Under the pieces are notes generated by a model. That model had not been told where the DNA came from. It ran no database searches and was given only the letters and a program-made list of their open reading frames with translations. DNA of 59,345 nt, counting the filler, from Sphacelaria rigidula (lineage: Eukaryota): NCBI GenBank assembly GCA_964200075.2. It is 8 parts of 8 records of this genome, joined end to end, with 100 filler letters (N's around TTAATTAATTAA, not from the genome) between each part and the next. Parts side by side here need not be neighbours in the genome. Positions count along the whole stretch, not along the records: positions 22,296 to 29,625 come from CAXNAA020015410.1; positions 29,726 to 37,055 come from CAXNAA020015411.1; 6 more parts are not named here. One strand, 5' to 3'. The translations under genes and the position numbers were made by a program. The first letter of the stretch is position 1; each line of letters begins with the position of its first letter. Below, piece by piece: positions 25,444 through 36,445 of this stretch.

Positions 25444-27111
25444 CTTCTTTCGGGGAACACAAGAGTACCGTGGCAATCACCTTCAGAGTATTTCACAGAA
25501 TGAGACCCTAGAGGAGCAAGTATGCATGACCTCCAGAGTAATGGAGGTATGGCAAACTCCGAAGGGTCAAGATTTCATCAAAGTATATGGTAGGCGATAA
25601 CTGTAGAGGGCACATATTGCTCTGGAGGGTACTCAGGTCTGAGGCCCCGTGCAGGGACAGACGGTCCTCATTGAATTCCGGGCTGATTTCAAGCAAGGTC
25701 ACATACACCATGCACAGCTCATGAGCAGCTGCAGCTCGAGCGTCGTGTTTATGGATTGCCGTTGCGAGGCGTTCCCCAGGCTGACGTCTGATCCTGTTCC
25801 GTTGTGTGTCAAGCCTTCGCATGCGCCCCTGCCAACGGGACATCTTCGTCCCTCTTCGGCTTCGAATATAATCGCTCTCGCCAACATGAGCTACCAAGTC
25901 AGCTTGGTACCTTGCCTGCCTACAACGGCCACGTTGGGTCCTAGCGAAACAGGTGTGCAAATCTCAACGGGCGTGACCGAAGCACATGACAGAAACACCT
26001 TACACCTACACAATTCAGCTCGAAAACTAAGGCACAGATATCCATAGCACAAGTGGATCACGCCTCGCGCTAGCTCTTGCTCATCTATACACAGTGTCGT
26101 TGTTTGCGGCAATTCGTTCGGCATTCGAACATGGCCGGCGGTGTGTGCGTGTCACATAAGCTGCCCCCGATGGAGTCGTTGATCATTGGTGTGTGTATTG
26201 GACGCCGCCGGTCTGACAGAAACCACGGTGCTTCATTCAAATGAATAACCCTTCGGCTGAGCACCCCCCTCAGTTGGACTCAGATGGACAATGCCACAGT
26301 TTGGTGTCCTGAGCACGACCTGCTTTTCTTCCCAATATCTATCGATGCTAGGACTGTTGAGTGCTACAGGCTGGGCCGCCCAAGAAGCGGACTTTCCTTC
26401 AGCCGGTTCTAACTGACGATATATCGCGAGTTGTGCCTACTATGACACATCGTGGTAAACTGCAAAGCAACAGGCGTCTTTCACTTCACGTAGCACTGCG
26501 ATCTGGCAAGTTCCCATCAAATGAAATACCAAACTGTAGTCAGCTGCGAAGTGTAGAGAGTTGAGGATAGCATGTGCAGCGGAATTAGGGGAAAAAACCC
26601 GCCGAAATCGCACATATTGTTACACTCGGTTGTGCCGCGGTCGCAAAGTGATGGTGCTGCACTAGTTGTGGTTGTACAACAAGGCATATCGTACTGTAGG
26701 TGCGCAGTGTCTGAAATGGCACGCAGACGAGACCTCCAGCGCGCCGAGGCGTCGCGCTTGGAGAAAACGTCAAAGTTCCGGCTGAGGTTATTGTACTCTA
26801 AGAGCAAGTGAACCTTTCTCTCGACAGAAAAACGCGATTTCACTGCTCACTTTCAAGTCGTTTTCCATACAATTTTGACACGATATACGTGAGGTATATG
26901 TGAGGCCCCTACTGCTTCCCCCCCCCTCCTTCTTCTTTTCCTTATGAGTTATCGGTGATTTAGATTTCGGAACATTTTTTCCTGGTATAAAAGCGTCGGC
27001 CACTCGTTAGAAAAAAATGTCAAGGGGGGACAATGGGGACTTCACAGCATACCTTATGCGTATCGTGTCAAAATGTCGTGGGAAAATACTTGAAATAGAA
27101 CAGCATAACTC

Positions 27112-27191
27112 ACCCCGGTGGTGTAACGGTCCGACTGTCGCCGTTAGGGTAGGGAGATCGAGGGTTCGATTCCCGATGCATTGGGTTTTTT
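27112..27191 (+). ncRNA. tRNA-Pro(AGG)-like sequence: tRNA pseudogene or tRNA-derived SINE head
   Basis: A-box TGGTGTAACGG, loop TTAGGGT, B-box GGTTCGATTCC, then a T-run. Acceptor and anticodon stems pair poorly. Confidence 0.55.
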
Positions 27192-27487
27192 CTTCGCAAT
27201 GTATGATTTCCACCGTGGAAAGAGTGAGAACGTGAGTAAACAAAAGTGGTCGACTGGGTTTGCGTGACGTGTTGACGCGGCGCGGGAGTGCTGACCCAAT
27301 CCGCGAGACCAAAATGTAAGACGCGTACCGGGGAAGAGATGGGTTGATCCTTTGAGACCACGGACTCCTCCCGAGGAAAGGGAGGGGTTCAAAGTGCGAG
27401 GAAAATGAATTAATAAGTAACCGCGTTTCAGTTTTTCGGGGCTGGTCCATCTCATCGTAGGAACCAGTCTTCGACACGAACACGCGA

Positions 27488-27910
27488 GCAGCTCAATTTT
27501 GGGTTGTTTTCAGGGGTAGGTCGAGTAGAGTATACTCGATTGCGGGGTATTTTGAAAGTCGTACTTTAAGTACACAAATTGGGGGTAGGGTTTCAGGAAT
27601 CGCTTCCCACCTATTTTTTGGGTACGAATCCCAACACTCTACCCTAACATGAGTACCTCAAGTACGTCTTTCAGAATACCCCGCATTGAGTATACTCTAC
27701 TCGATCTGCCCTTGGTCGTTTTCTGTGAAATTTTGACACGATGTACAGGATGTATGTGCGAAGATTCTCCCGTCTGCCGCCTACATCTATTTTCTCTTCC
27801 CCGTGAGTAATCGGCGACCAAAGATTTCAGAAGAGAGATGATGGAGTTGTCGTCATACGTCTTGTACATTGTGTCATAACTTTATAGGAAATGACCCAAA
27901 GTTGAGCTGC
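27488..27910. mobile_element. Small TIR element hosting the 27511-27714 MITE
   Basis: AGCAGCTCAATTTTGGGT vs ACCCAAAGTTGAGCTGCT inverted termini. Confidence 0.55.
27511..27714. mobile_element. hAT-type MITE (~204 bp)
   Basis: ~60-bp TIRs CAGGGGTAGGTCGAGTAGAGTATACTC... / ...GAGTATACTCTACTCGATCTGCCCTTG. 8-bp TSD GTTGTTTT / GTCGTTTT. Confidence 0.8.
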
Positions 27911-28048
27911 TAAATCGCGTTTTCACATCCCTATCTGCATCTTGGGCGGTCCAGCCTTTGGGGAAGAAAAGTATACAAGAAAACTTAGAAAAATATCCCA
28001 CTACGGAGATTGACAGAGGGTGTTATTGAGTGTTCTGATTGAAAACCA

Positions 28049-28544
28049 CACAGTTATGCCCGTGAATGAAGGCCTTACCGACCAAAAATCCGTTGCCCAC
28101 AAGAAATAAAATGAATGCGGACGGATATTGAAGACGTATTGAAGATGTCACAGACTGGTGGGGCCTGTGCCGAACCTCTGCCGAACATAATACACACTCC
28201 ATCCCAAATTATTTAGGTTTAGTGTGCGACAGCGGTAATTTTGTCATCGCTTCTGTCTCGAGACAGGATTCCAACGGGCCCCTGGAACTTCACAGCCCCC
28301 CGCACACACACTAGACGTGGTGAGTTTAACAAGCGGAATTGCCAAATCGCCACAGCGGATCCGAAAAGCCCAAGAACGTTGCAGGAAACTCGTTTTGGAG
28401 TACATTTTGTGTTTGGTGCAGCGGTTTGCAAAGTGCTGCGTCCTCCGCGGCACGCGTATGGACACCGTTTCAAATTCACTAGTTCTGGTGCATGGGAAGC
28501 GCACGCATCAAAGCGCAGTCCAATCCTCTGCGCCGTTGCCGAGA
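28049..28544 (+). repeat. ~500-bp dispersed repeat, inverted partner of 22668-23188
   Basis: Starts sharply with CACAGTTATG...GTGAATGAAGGCCTTACCGACCAAA; similarity fades after ~28544. Confidence 0.8.
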
Positions 28545-29171
28545 AAGTAGCGTTCAAAGACAAGCACAACAACATACTGCAACAAGAAGGGCACAACAAC
28601 AACACGAGCAGCAGCTTCCATCCTCCTGTTCTTGTAACCCTGTGTACAGACGTACAGCAACGTCAGTCACAGGTGTGGTGTAGAATGTACTACAGCAATA
28701 GTACATTTCGTATGAGCGCCGTCGTCATTTGGAGTGACGCGTGTACTTGTGATTGATACTGATTGGCTCATCAAGATTTCATTTCTTCTGCATTCAACTG
28801 ACTGTGTAGTTGGTCGGTCCATTTTCCCGGTATATAGTGCCCCAACTCGGGCCCCATTCACGGGCATAACAGTTTTTTCGGCTCTAGCGCAGTGTATAGC
28901 TGAAAATGAAAGAAAAATGTGCCTACATTTGTTCGCGAGAACGATTAACCCTTTTGGGACTGAAGCTCACTAACACCATGTTCACCATGTGTTAGTAAAA
29001 TAATAATAGACAAGTCTGGGAGCGACCTGTCCGGGATCAAACGTTCACTAGGATGAGCGGTGGCACTTGAAAAAACTATTCCAAATTGTTGACTGCAAAA
29101 CAATTACGAAACTCCCCTCGTTCAGCTCGAAACTATCGCACTACAGTAGTCACAGTCCAGAGGGCAAACTA

Positions 29172-29211
<40 letters not shown>

Positions 29212-29787
29212 CCCCCACCCCCCCCCACCTCCCCCCCCCCCACGTCCCACCNNNNNNNNNNCCCCCTCACACTCAAAAACCCCCCCCCACAATATGCCCC
29301 GCCCACAACGCCACCCCCCCCCCCCCCCCCCCCCCCCACGGCCGCCAAGAGAACGAACACATAATATTATTCCGGCTTTAAGCTGCTCACGCAAAGGCGA
29401 TCCCCGAGTAGTGAAGGCGTTGTTCATTTGCTGTTGCTGGTAAAAAAACAGGAAATGACGTTTTTGCCGTGACTATTACGCGCTCGTGACAGTCTGTGAG
29501 AGGGGGGTGCACGCATAATCTTGCATGCCGTAGTCACAACACCATTGACCTCGCATCCCTACAAAGCCGGGACGATGCACGCCGGGTTTTCGCCGGACCA
29601 GGATCGCAATCAATCACAGACTGTCNNNNNNNNNNNNNNNNNNNNNNNNNNNNNNNNNNNNNNNNNNNNTTAATTAATTAANNNNNNNNNNNNNNNNNNN
29701 NNNNNNNNNNNNNNNNNNNNNNNNNAATGTATAAAAGAGCATGGGCCTGCAAACTTCAAATCCGCCTCTAGGCTGGCCCAGCTCGTA

Positions 29788-30876
29788 TCAAATGTGACGC
29801 AACGCAGAACCAAGCCAGACGTAACATGCACCTTTGTGCGTGTTGCATCTCTGCTATCTCAATCCCTGCTACACGCCTCTTCTCACTTCCTCTGAAATCG
29901 TGCGATACGCAATGCCCGAAGCCTGTCCGTCCCGTTTCGGAGACACGACAGGTGGGATCGCACTCAAACGGAACGGCATTATCCATTCAATGCGAGCACA
30001 TGAATGACTGGCACCATGCGTATTGCGTAGAAATTTTATTTACGGCAAGCAAAAGCGATCACAGTCGGAAGGGAGCGATGATTCTCAGATCACGCAGTCA
30101 TAAACCGGGATACACGCAGTCACAGACGATGGGTAATGTTTTGGGAACAGGTGGGGGAGGCATTGAGACGGTGCTGGAATGGATGCTCATGCCCCCAACC
30201 CTAGCCGCCGATTTACTTCTGGCAGCGTACCTATCAGGAACAGCGTGGACTGGACAGCATGGACGCGCAACCAGGCAACATCCGCTTTGAGAGCATTATT
30301 AGTTCAACATTAAGGTTTACAACCTCTAGAGTGAGCGTTATATATATCCTGGCCGAGTTGGAGGAGCTACCAGACTGGCAGCAGCAGCTCTACAGCCGGC
30401 ACAAATTCAGAGAGAAGGACGCCGGCGTAGCGGGGCATCTACGGCATACGTTCGAGCCAACTTAAAAGACTCGGGAGCAGTATTGAAAGCGTGCGCAGGA
30501 GATGTAGTCGCCGGAGGTTTTCTAGCCCGGTCAAGGCACAGGATGGGGTGACGGTAGCAATCGAGCGATAATGTGGGGTTGCGAAAACAAAAGTATTCCA
30601 AGGGGTGGTGCATTCATTGTCATGTTTGAAAAACAAAACGTTTATAATTTGGGTTTAAGTTGGGTATGTTTGGATCACATCGTATATTCACGATCGGGGT
30701 AAATAATACATTAATACCGTAGTCGGACCGGGAGGGACAGGCTTCGGGCATTGCGTATGGCACGATTTCAGAGGAAATGAGAAGAGGCGTGTAGCAGGGA
30801 TTGGGATAGCAGATATGCAACATGCACAAAGGTGCATTTTACGGTCTGGCTTAGTTTTGCGTTGCGTCACATTTGA
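29788..30876. mobile_element. ~1.09-kb non-autonomous TIR element with ~150-bp TIRs and TA duplication
   Basis: TA|TCAAATGTGACGCAACGCA...CCCGAAGCCTGTCC is mirrored by GGACAGGCTTCGGG...TGCGTTGCGTCACATTTGA|TA. Confidence 0.85.
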
Positions 30877-30924
30877 TATTCATACGTGAAAATAACAAAA
30901 AATATTCAAATATTCTACATTCAT

Positions 30925-31405
30925 GAGAGGAGCAAAGTGAAAGATCGGAGCGTAGCGGGATCTGCGGTTTGTGGAACGGGTACGAATGTGAACAATCTAG
31001 GCTGATGTAAAGGCATTTGTGAAATGGTTGATGCAAGCAAATAGGTCAGTCACGGAAATTGAGATTCAAGCTTGGTTGGGGCAACGGGGAAAGATGGTGC
31101 AGCAGCTTAGTTTGAATTATTTCTGTGCGTTTCTCACCCACCCACCCTGGGTATGTTCAGGCGTATAAACATGTTTATGCTTGAGCTTGGTTGAGGTATG
31201 TAAAAAAGACAGAAATAATTCAAACTAAGCTGCCGCACCATCTTCCCCCGTTGCCCTAAGCTTGAATCTCAATTTCCGTGACTGGCCTATTTGCTTGCAT
31301 CAACCATTCCACAATTTCCCTCACATTAGCCTATATTGTTAACATTCGTACCCGTTTCACAAACCGCAGATCCCGCTACGCTCCGATCTTTCACCTGCAC
31401 CTGTC
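30925..31405. repeat. Long inverted repeat / fold-back (~190-200-bp arms, ~80-bp loop)
   Basis: GTGAAAGATCGGAGCGTAGCGGGATCTGCGG...TTTGAATTATTTCTGT vs ACAGAAATAATTCAAA...CCGCAGATCCCGCTACGCTCCGATCTTTCAC. Confidence 0.88.
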
Positions 31406-33652
31406 CACAGACCGGAAATTTCCGAGAACTATCTATCAACTACCAAGTGGTAAACTCTACCGTCGATTTGAGATCTGCCAACGCACACTTTGCCTGGGAG
31501 TACCTACGCACCCCCCTTGCCCGAGGGTCTCGTACGCCTTGGGTCGGGGTTACGGTTAGTATCAGCGCTATTGCTATCTTATTCGAAAAAATCGACAGTA
31601 GATCTACGCCCAAAGGTATAGGTGCCCTTCAATCGATTAGGCCACATCCAAGGATGAAAGATGCGCATGATGTGTGCTGTATCCTTATTCGGCTCAAATA
31701 GTCGTGGATAATGGACGACGGTCTTCTTGTAGTGTTCTTTTATTCCGCTATGTCAGCACCAACATTCTCACAGCCCACGCAGCTGTCCACACACAACGAT
31801 CTTTGGAGCCAGCTCTCCTACACAGCGTACCGACACTCTTTCTGAAGTAGCACACACCAAGTCCTGGGGCATGGCATAGATCGTGGCCGTCGTACTGCTG
31901 CCGGTGGTGACGGAGGTCAACTTGCACATCGTTCGTTTCCGATCGAATACTCGTACATACACTATACGTACTTCGCCCGAAAAAATAATTCTGGATTTAA
32001 AAAAACAAAAAGAGAAATATTCTTCCGGATTCCAGGTCATAGGTCATAGGTTGCCGTTTTATGTTGTGCGTGGAAGTTCACCTTCGCGTGGACACACTGA
32101 CTACCCTCTTCGCCACAATATCTATCGACATTCGTACTAGCCGGAGGGGAGCTTTGTAAGTGATTTGCATTTCTTCTAGTTGGGCGGCAGCACAAATAAC
32201 AACGGGATCGGGAGAGCATATGTGTTGAAGTGACACACGAGGTAGTGAGCCAACACGAGGTGGAGAGTATTGCCACCAACTGGTTGTGGCGTCGTGCCAG
32301 GGCTCAAATCTACGGACAGTCGCAGCGGAAATCTGACAGCCAACAACGGCAGAGCTAGGTGCGAGTATAATAAGTATGTCACAGTTTTGTGTCATCACGT
32401 AGTTCGACAGGCTCACGAAGAAGTCGGTACGGTATGCGCACAGTGTCTGAGAATATGGTGGTCGCCTTGAGGCAGGATTCGAAGGGGGACGGGGTGACGG
32501 GGTGGCAGAGACATGGTGCATGAATAAGTAGAAAGTCAAGAAAGATGTTTCGTTTGGTCTACCCCGACGATGCAAGCTGCAGCTTGGAATATTTGTTTTT
32601 GTTCCCTCGATGATCTTGGTTTCCAGGTTATGTTGTCTGACCTGCCTTTTGATGCGATTTTTGTTTGCAGTAGATCGCCAACGCGGAACGTCACAACGTA
32701 GCACAGCGCAGAACAGCAAGTCACTCGCAGGGATAATAATACATATAAAGAGTGGAGGACAGGAGTGCAGACGTACGGACGTACGGACGTACCGACGATG
32801 GTACCGTCGACATCGTTATATCCCAAGCTGGTTGTCCGTCGTGACACAATGTACAGGCCTGCGCACAGATCCCTCTGCGGGTCTGTCGTGAACGGTTACA
32901 CTGTTGTCACATGAGAAATGACGTGTTATCGTGATGAAGTGGTCCGCGATGACCAGAGGATATGACAAAACATATCCTTTGGCGACGGCTCGGGTGACGG
33001 ACGAACTGAGCAATCTTTACTCACCACGCTTCTCAATTAGGCCTGGAATCAAGAGCTCTGGAGAGCTAGCTGCTGTTATGTTCCTTGGCCTCATACTACT
33101 AGTACACCATAACGATTACTGCAGCATGATGTACGAAAAATACTGATGATACATGGCAAGGCCTGCAGGTCGATACATGCAGACAGTAACATCGTCAGTC
33201 TAAAGTCGACACGTTAGCGGTCATGCATGGGCACCACCTTTTGTCTTCCAAAGGGTCAGGCACCATCGTACAATCAGTCGTTTGATCTGGCTCGGCACAT
33301 CTGCAAGTGTATACCGTCGTTGAACCGTTCGTTCACATATCATCTCACAGTTCCTGATTCGATATCATCAGCGATTCATCGCCGGAGTAAGTGCTACAGC
33401 AGTATCTTTTGTGTGTATATTGCATGTCACGAGCACCACCAGCACCGCCGTTGTCTGTGAAAAAAATCAATGATTCGAGTTTGAAAAATGAAGATCTGCA
33501 AGGATACGACTGCAGGGGTGAAAAGTTGGCTCCGGTATAGGGGGGCGGTTTTGGATTGTAGCATCCCTAACTGAATGCAGTAGAGCATAGTCCCCCATCG
33601 CCGCTAACGTCCACACTTCTGCACGATTCGATTTTTGTTGTTAGTTTGCATC

Positions 33653-34130
33653 ATGGCGGAGGAGGGGGGAACCGCAGCAGCCGGTGCGGCCCAGAAGAAG
33701 ACTAAGCGTGAGCAGCGAGCGGAGGCTTGGGACAGAAGAATAGCCAAGAACGATGTATGTTTGTGTCACACAGCAACTGAAAAAGAAAGAAGAAAAACAT
33801 GCTGTACTGTTGTAACTCCACGTGGGGTGATACAAGCTTTGCAAATGCTGTACGAGACTGGCGTTGATTGATTCTTCTCAGCGGTTGCTACCGCATGCAT
33901 TGCCATCCACACTACGATCGTACGCATGATACTCATTTCTTCGTTGAGAACGACGATGAGCATATCCAAAAATGGTATTTTTCACGAGTTATTCTACGGC
34001 TGGGTCAAGCGGCTGTCCTTGCCCACAATCGGTCGGTGATTCGGTCCACCCGGATGCCGGATACACACATGATGAAATTCAAATACGACAATGTGCCGCG
34101 TGGACTGCACCGAAATCGATCGTGGTGACT
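33653..34130 (+). pseudogene. Probable ISL2EU/PIF-Harbinger-type (DDE_Tnp_4) transposase remnant
   Basis: ATG exon (MAEEGG...KND|GTATG) and an acceptor at ~33881. Frameshifted pieces GIFHELFYGWVKRL...IRSTRMPDTHMMKFKYDNV...RVDCTEI resemble the 'RIF.TW..L...MP..F...IIDCTEI' signature. Stops and frameshifts present. Confidence 0.45.
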
Positions 34131-34249
34131 GACCACTTGAAGTCTGAAGGATTGTCTGACGTGAACTGATCCACTGGTGGCTACTGTACAGTGTCCGTTC
34201 CTACTGCTATTGTATTGCACCGGAGGTACCTACTCCAGCATGTGAGAAA

Positions 34250-34490
34250 CGGTTCGTTGAGGTTGGTTCTGATTTGGTGAACTCGATCGACGCGCTGCAT
34301 CTATCGATATTCCGGTATCTATTTCGTCCGTATTGAACTTGCCAAACTTGCCAGTCAAGACGAAACCCCCGGGGTTCGTTGAGGTTGGTTCTGATTTGGT
34401 GAACTCGGTCGACGTGCTACATCTATCGATATTCCGGTATCTAATTCGTCCGTATTGAACTTGCCAAACTTGCCAGTCAAGACGAAACCC
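34250..34490 (+). repeat. Tandem duplication of a ~120-bp unit
   Basis: GGTTCGTTGAGGTTGGTTCTG...CAAGACGAAACCC at 34250-34368 and ~34373-34490. Confidence 0.9.
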
Positions 34491-35191
34491 TCGGCCCGCG
34501 GTACTTCAACATGATCGAAGTACAGCATCTCATTCAAGTACCTGCAGGGTGTCCCAGAAAACTATTCTCGGGGCTTCAAACAAACGAAAATTCACCTGAA
34601 ATACCGTAAACTAAAGTTTTGCTCGCTGCCTCGGACTGCCCTCAAGATCGCGTCATTGATAATGTGTGCCACCACCTCGCTCACAAGCATACATGAGTGG
34701 AGGGTGGGGGTACGACGGATGATGTCCTGTGACCGCAGGAAGCGACAAAGGGTATTAGGTCCCGCAATTTTCCGGTGATGTTACGAGGGGCGGTGGTGAG
34801 GGTCCTCTTTTGCCACTGCCGAGCCGGCCACACCTGTCCACCGTTCGGGAGATCGATGGGAGGATAGTATTATCATAACGACCATCCACATATTTTCTCA
34901 TTATCAAGCTGATGTTCTCCGTTGCATCATCATGATACAGGTGCAGGATACATGGGGTCCTCTACACTCAGAATAAGCTGCATGGAAGGGGTCAAAGATA
35001 CTACCTCTCACATTGTTGCAGGGCCGCATCTTTTGTCGACTCGGGATTACTACTGTGCTGAGCCGTGCTGTGACAAATCTTTCAATAATTTTTGCGCAAA
35101 CGCCTCTCTTCCCCCCCCTCTCCGCGCGGGGTTCAATGAAGACCAGAGAGCCAGCGCGGAAATGTATTTGCTATCGGACTAATGTGCGGAA

Positions 35192-35228
35192 ATAATAATA
35201 AATAATAATAATAATAATAATAATAATA
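35192..35228 (+). repeat. (AAT)n microsatellite
   Basis: Direct run. Confidence 0.95.
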
Positions 35229-35284
35229 TACAGGTGGAGCGGGTTCACTTTACTTGTACATACCTCTTCGTCCCTTAACCCTTG

Positions 35285-35491
35285 GACAGCGAGAGTAGGC
35301 CATCTGTTGAATCGGCATCAATCTCACTTTTGAAAGTATACATAGTCCAGATGAACTACCCTCGCGGTCTAAGCGTACCTTCGCGGTCTAAGGTTTAAAC
35401 CTTGGACCGCAACGGTAGTTCATCTGGACCTCGCATACCTTTTTCAAGCGAAGTTGATGCCGATTCAACAAATGGCCTACTCTCGTTGTCT
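35285..35491. repeat. Near loop-less palindrome (~90-110-bp arms) centred on GGTTTAAACC
   Basis: GACAGCGAGAGTAGGCCATCTGTTGAATCGGCATCAA...GTCCAGATGAACTACC vs GGTAGTTCATCTGGAC...TTGATGCCGATTCAACAAATGGCCTACTCTCGTTGTC. Confidence 0.85.
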
Positions 35492-35951
35492 GTGACCGCG
35501 GTGCGGGTAGTCCATCCGGATCATGCATACTTTTCTCAAATGAATATTGACGTGACATCAAATCGCCGAAATTTCCTAAAAATGGTTTTCCACGTGAAAG
35601 ACCCCGACATTTCGGCTATCGAAATCCAAATCTTTATGGCGTGATATTATTGTCAAAAGCTACCAGCAAAGGAAAAAATGGAACCATATTTCGAAGATTT
35701 GGTGTGGGTACAAGTGTGCCTCCCCCCCCAAATCCCAGACCCTATGCTTCCTTTTCAACCCTGGAGTTTTTTGGGGGGGTTGGGGGTGTCACATAATGTC
35801 ATACATCAAAATGAGAATTAAAAATTAAAAAGTACATGGAAAATAAAAAAAAGTCGTCTTTATGAAGATTCAATTCTTCTCATTCACCTTCGGAGCCAAG
35901 TAAGGCCAAGTTATCCTCATAGGTTTCGGTAATACATTATACATTACACAT

Positions 35952-36136
35952 CACATATCCACAAGAACAAGACCAGACGAATACCACAAGGATCTGCAAT
36001 ACTCGCTCAATCGAGCTAAACGCATCTATCTGCACCGCCAATTCACATATCCACAAGAACAAGACCAGACAAATACCACAAGGCTCTGCAATGCTCGCTC
36101 AATCGAGCTAAACGCATCTATCTGCACCGCCAATTC
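35952..36136 (+). repeat. Tandem duplication of a ~92-bp unit
   Basis: CACATATCCACAAGAACAAGACCAGAC...CTGCACCGCCAATT occurs twice. Confidence 0.9.
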
Positions 36137-36164
36137 GCGTCCAATGTGCGTCGCATCTTGTGAA

Positions 36165-36445
36165 CACGGGATTTTACATTTGGGTACGGGACGGTACGGA
36201 ACGGGACGAGGCGGTACTTACCCCGTTGCTTGGAAAAGCGACGAGGCGGGATGGGGAGTGCAACCCGGAGCATTCGTCGAGACGGGACCGGTATTTTCGC
36301 CCGTTGACCGAACACATGATGGGGCAGACCGGAAATTCGGGAATGCGTCGAGACGGGATAGGTCATCCCATCCCGTTTTCACGGGACTACCGATCCCCAT
36401 CCCGCGAAATTCCGTCCCGTCTCGTCCCGCGCGTGCGGGAAACAC
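36165..36445. repeat. Cluster of CGGGAC/GTCCCG motifs in both orientations (transposon subterminal-type repeats)
   Basis: Multiple ACGGGA(C/T) motifs on the left and TCCCG motifs on the right. Confidence 0.45.

Noticed and set aside
25440..26560. Overlapping 60-150-aa ORFs
   Set aside because: No recognisable domain.
29067..29427. Poly-Pro/poly-Gly ORFs
   Set aside because: Low-quality poly-C sequence with Ns near a contig end.
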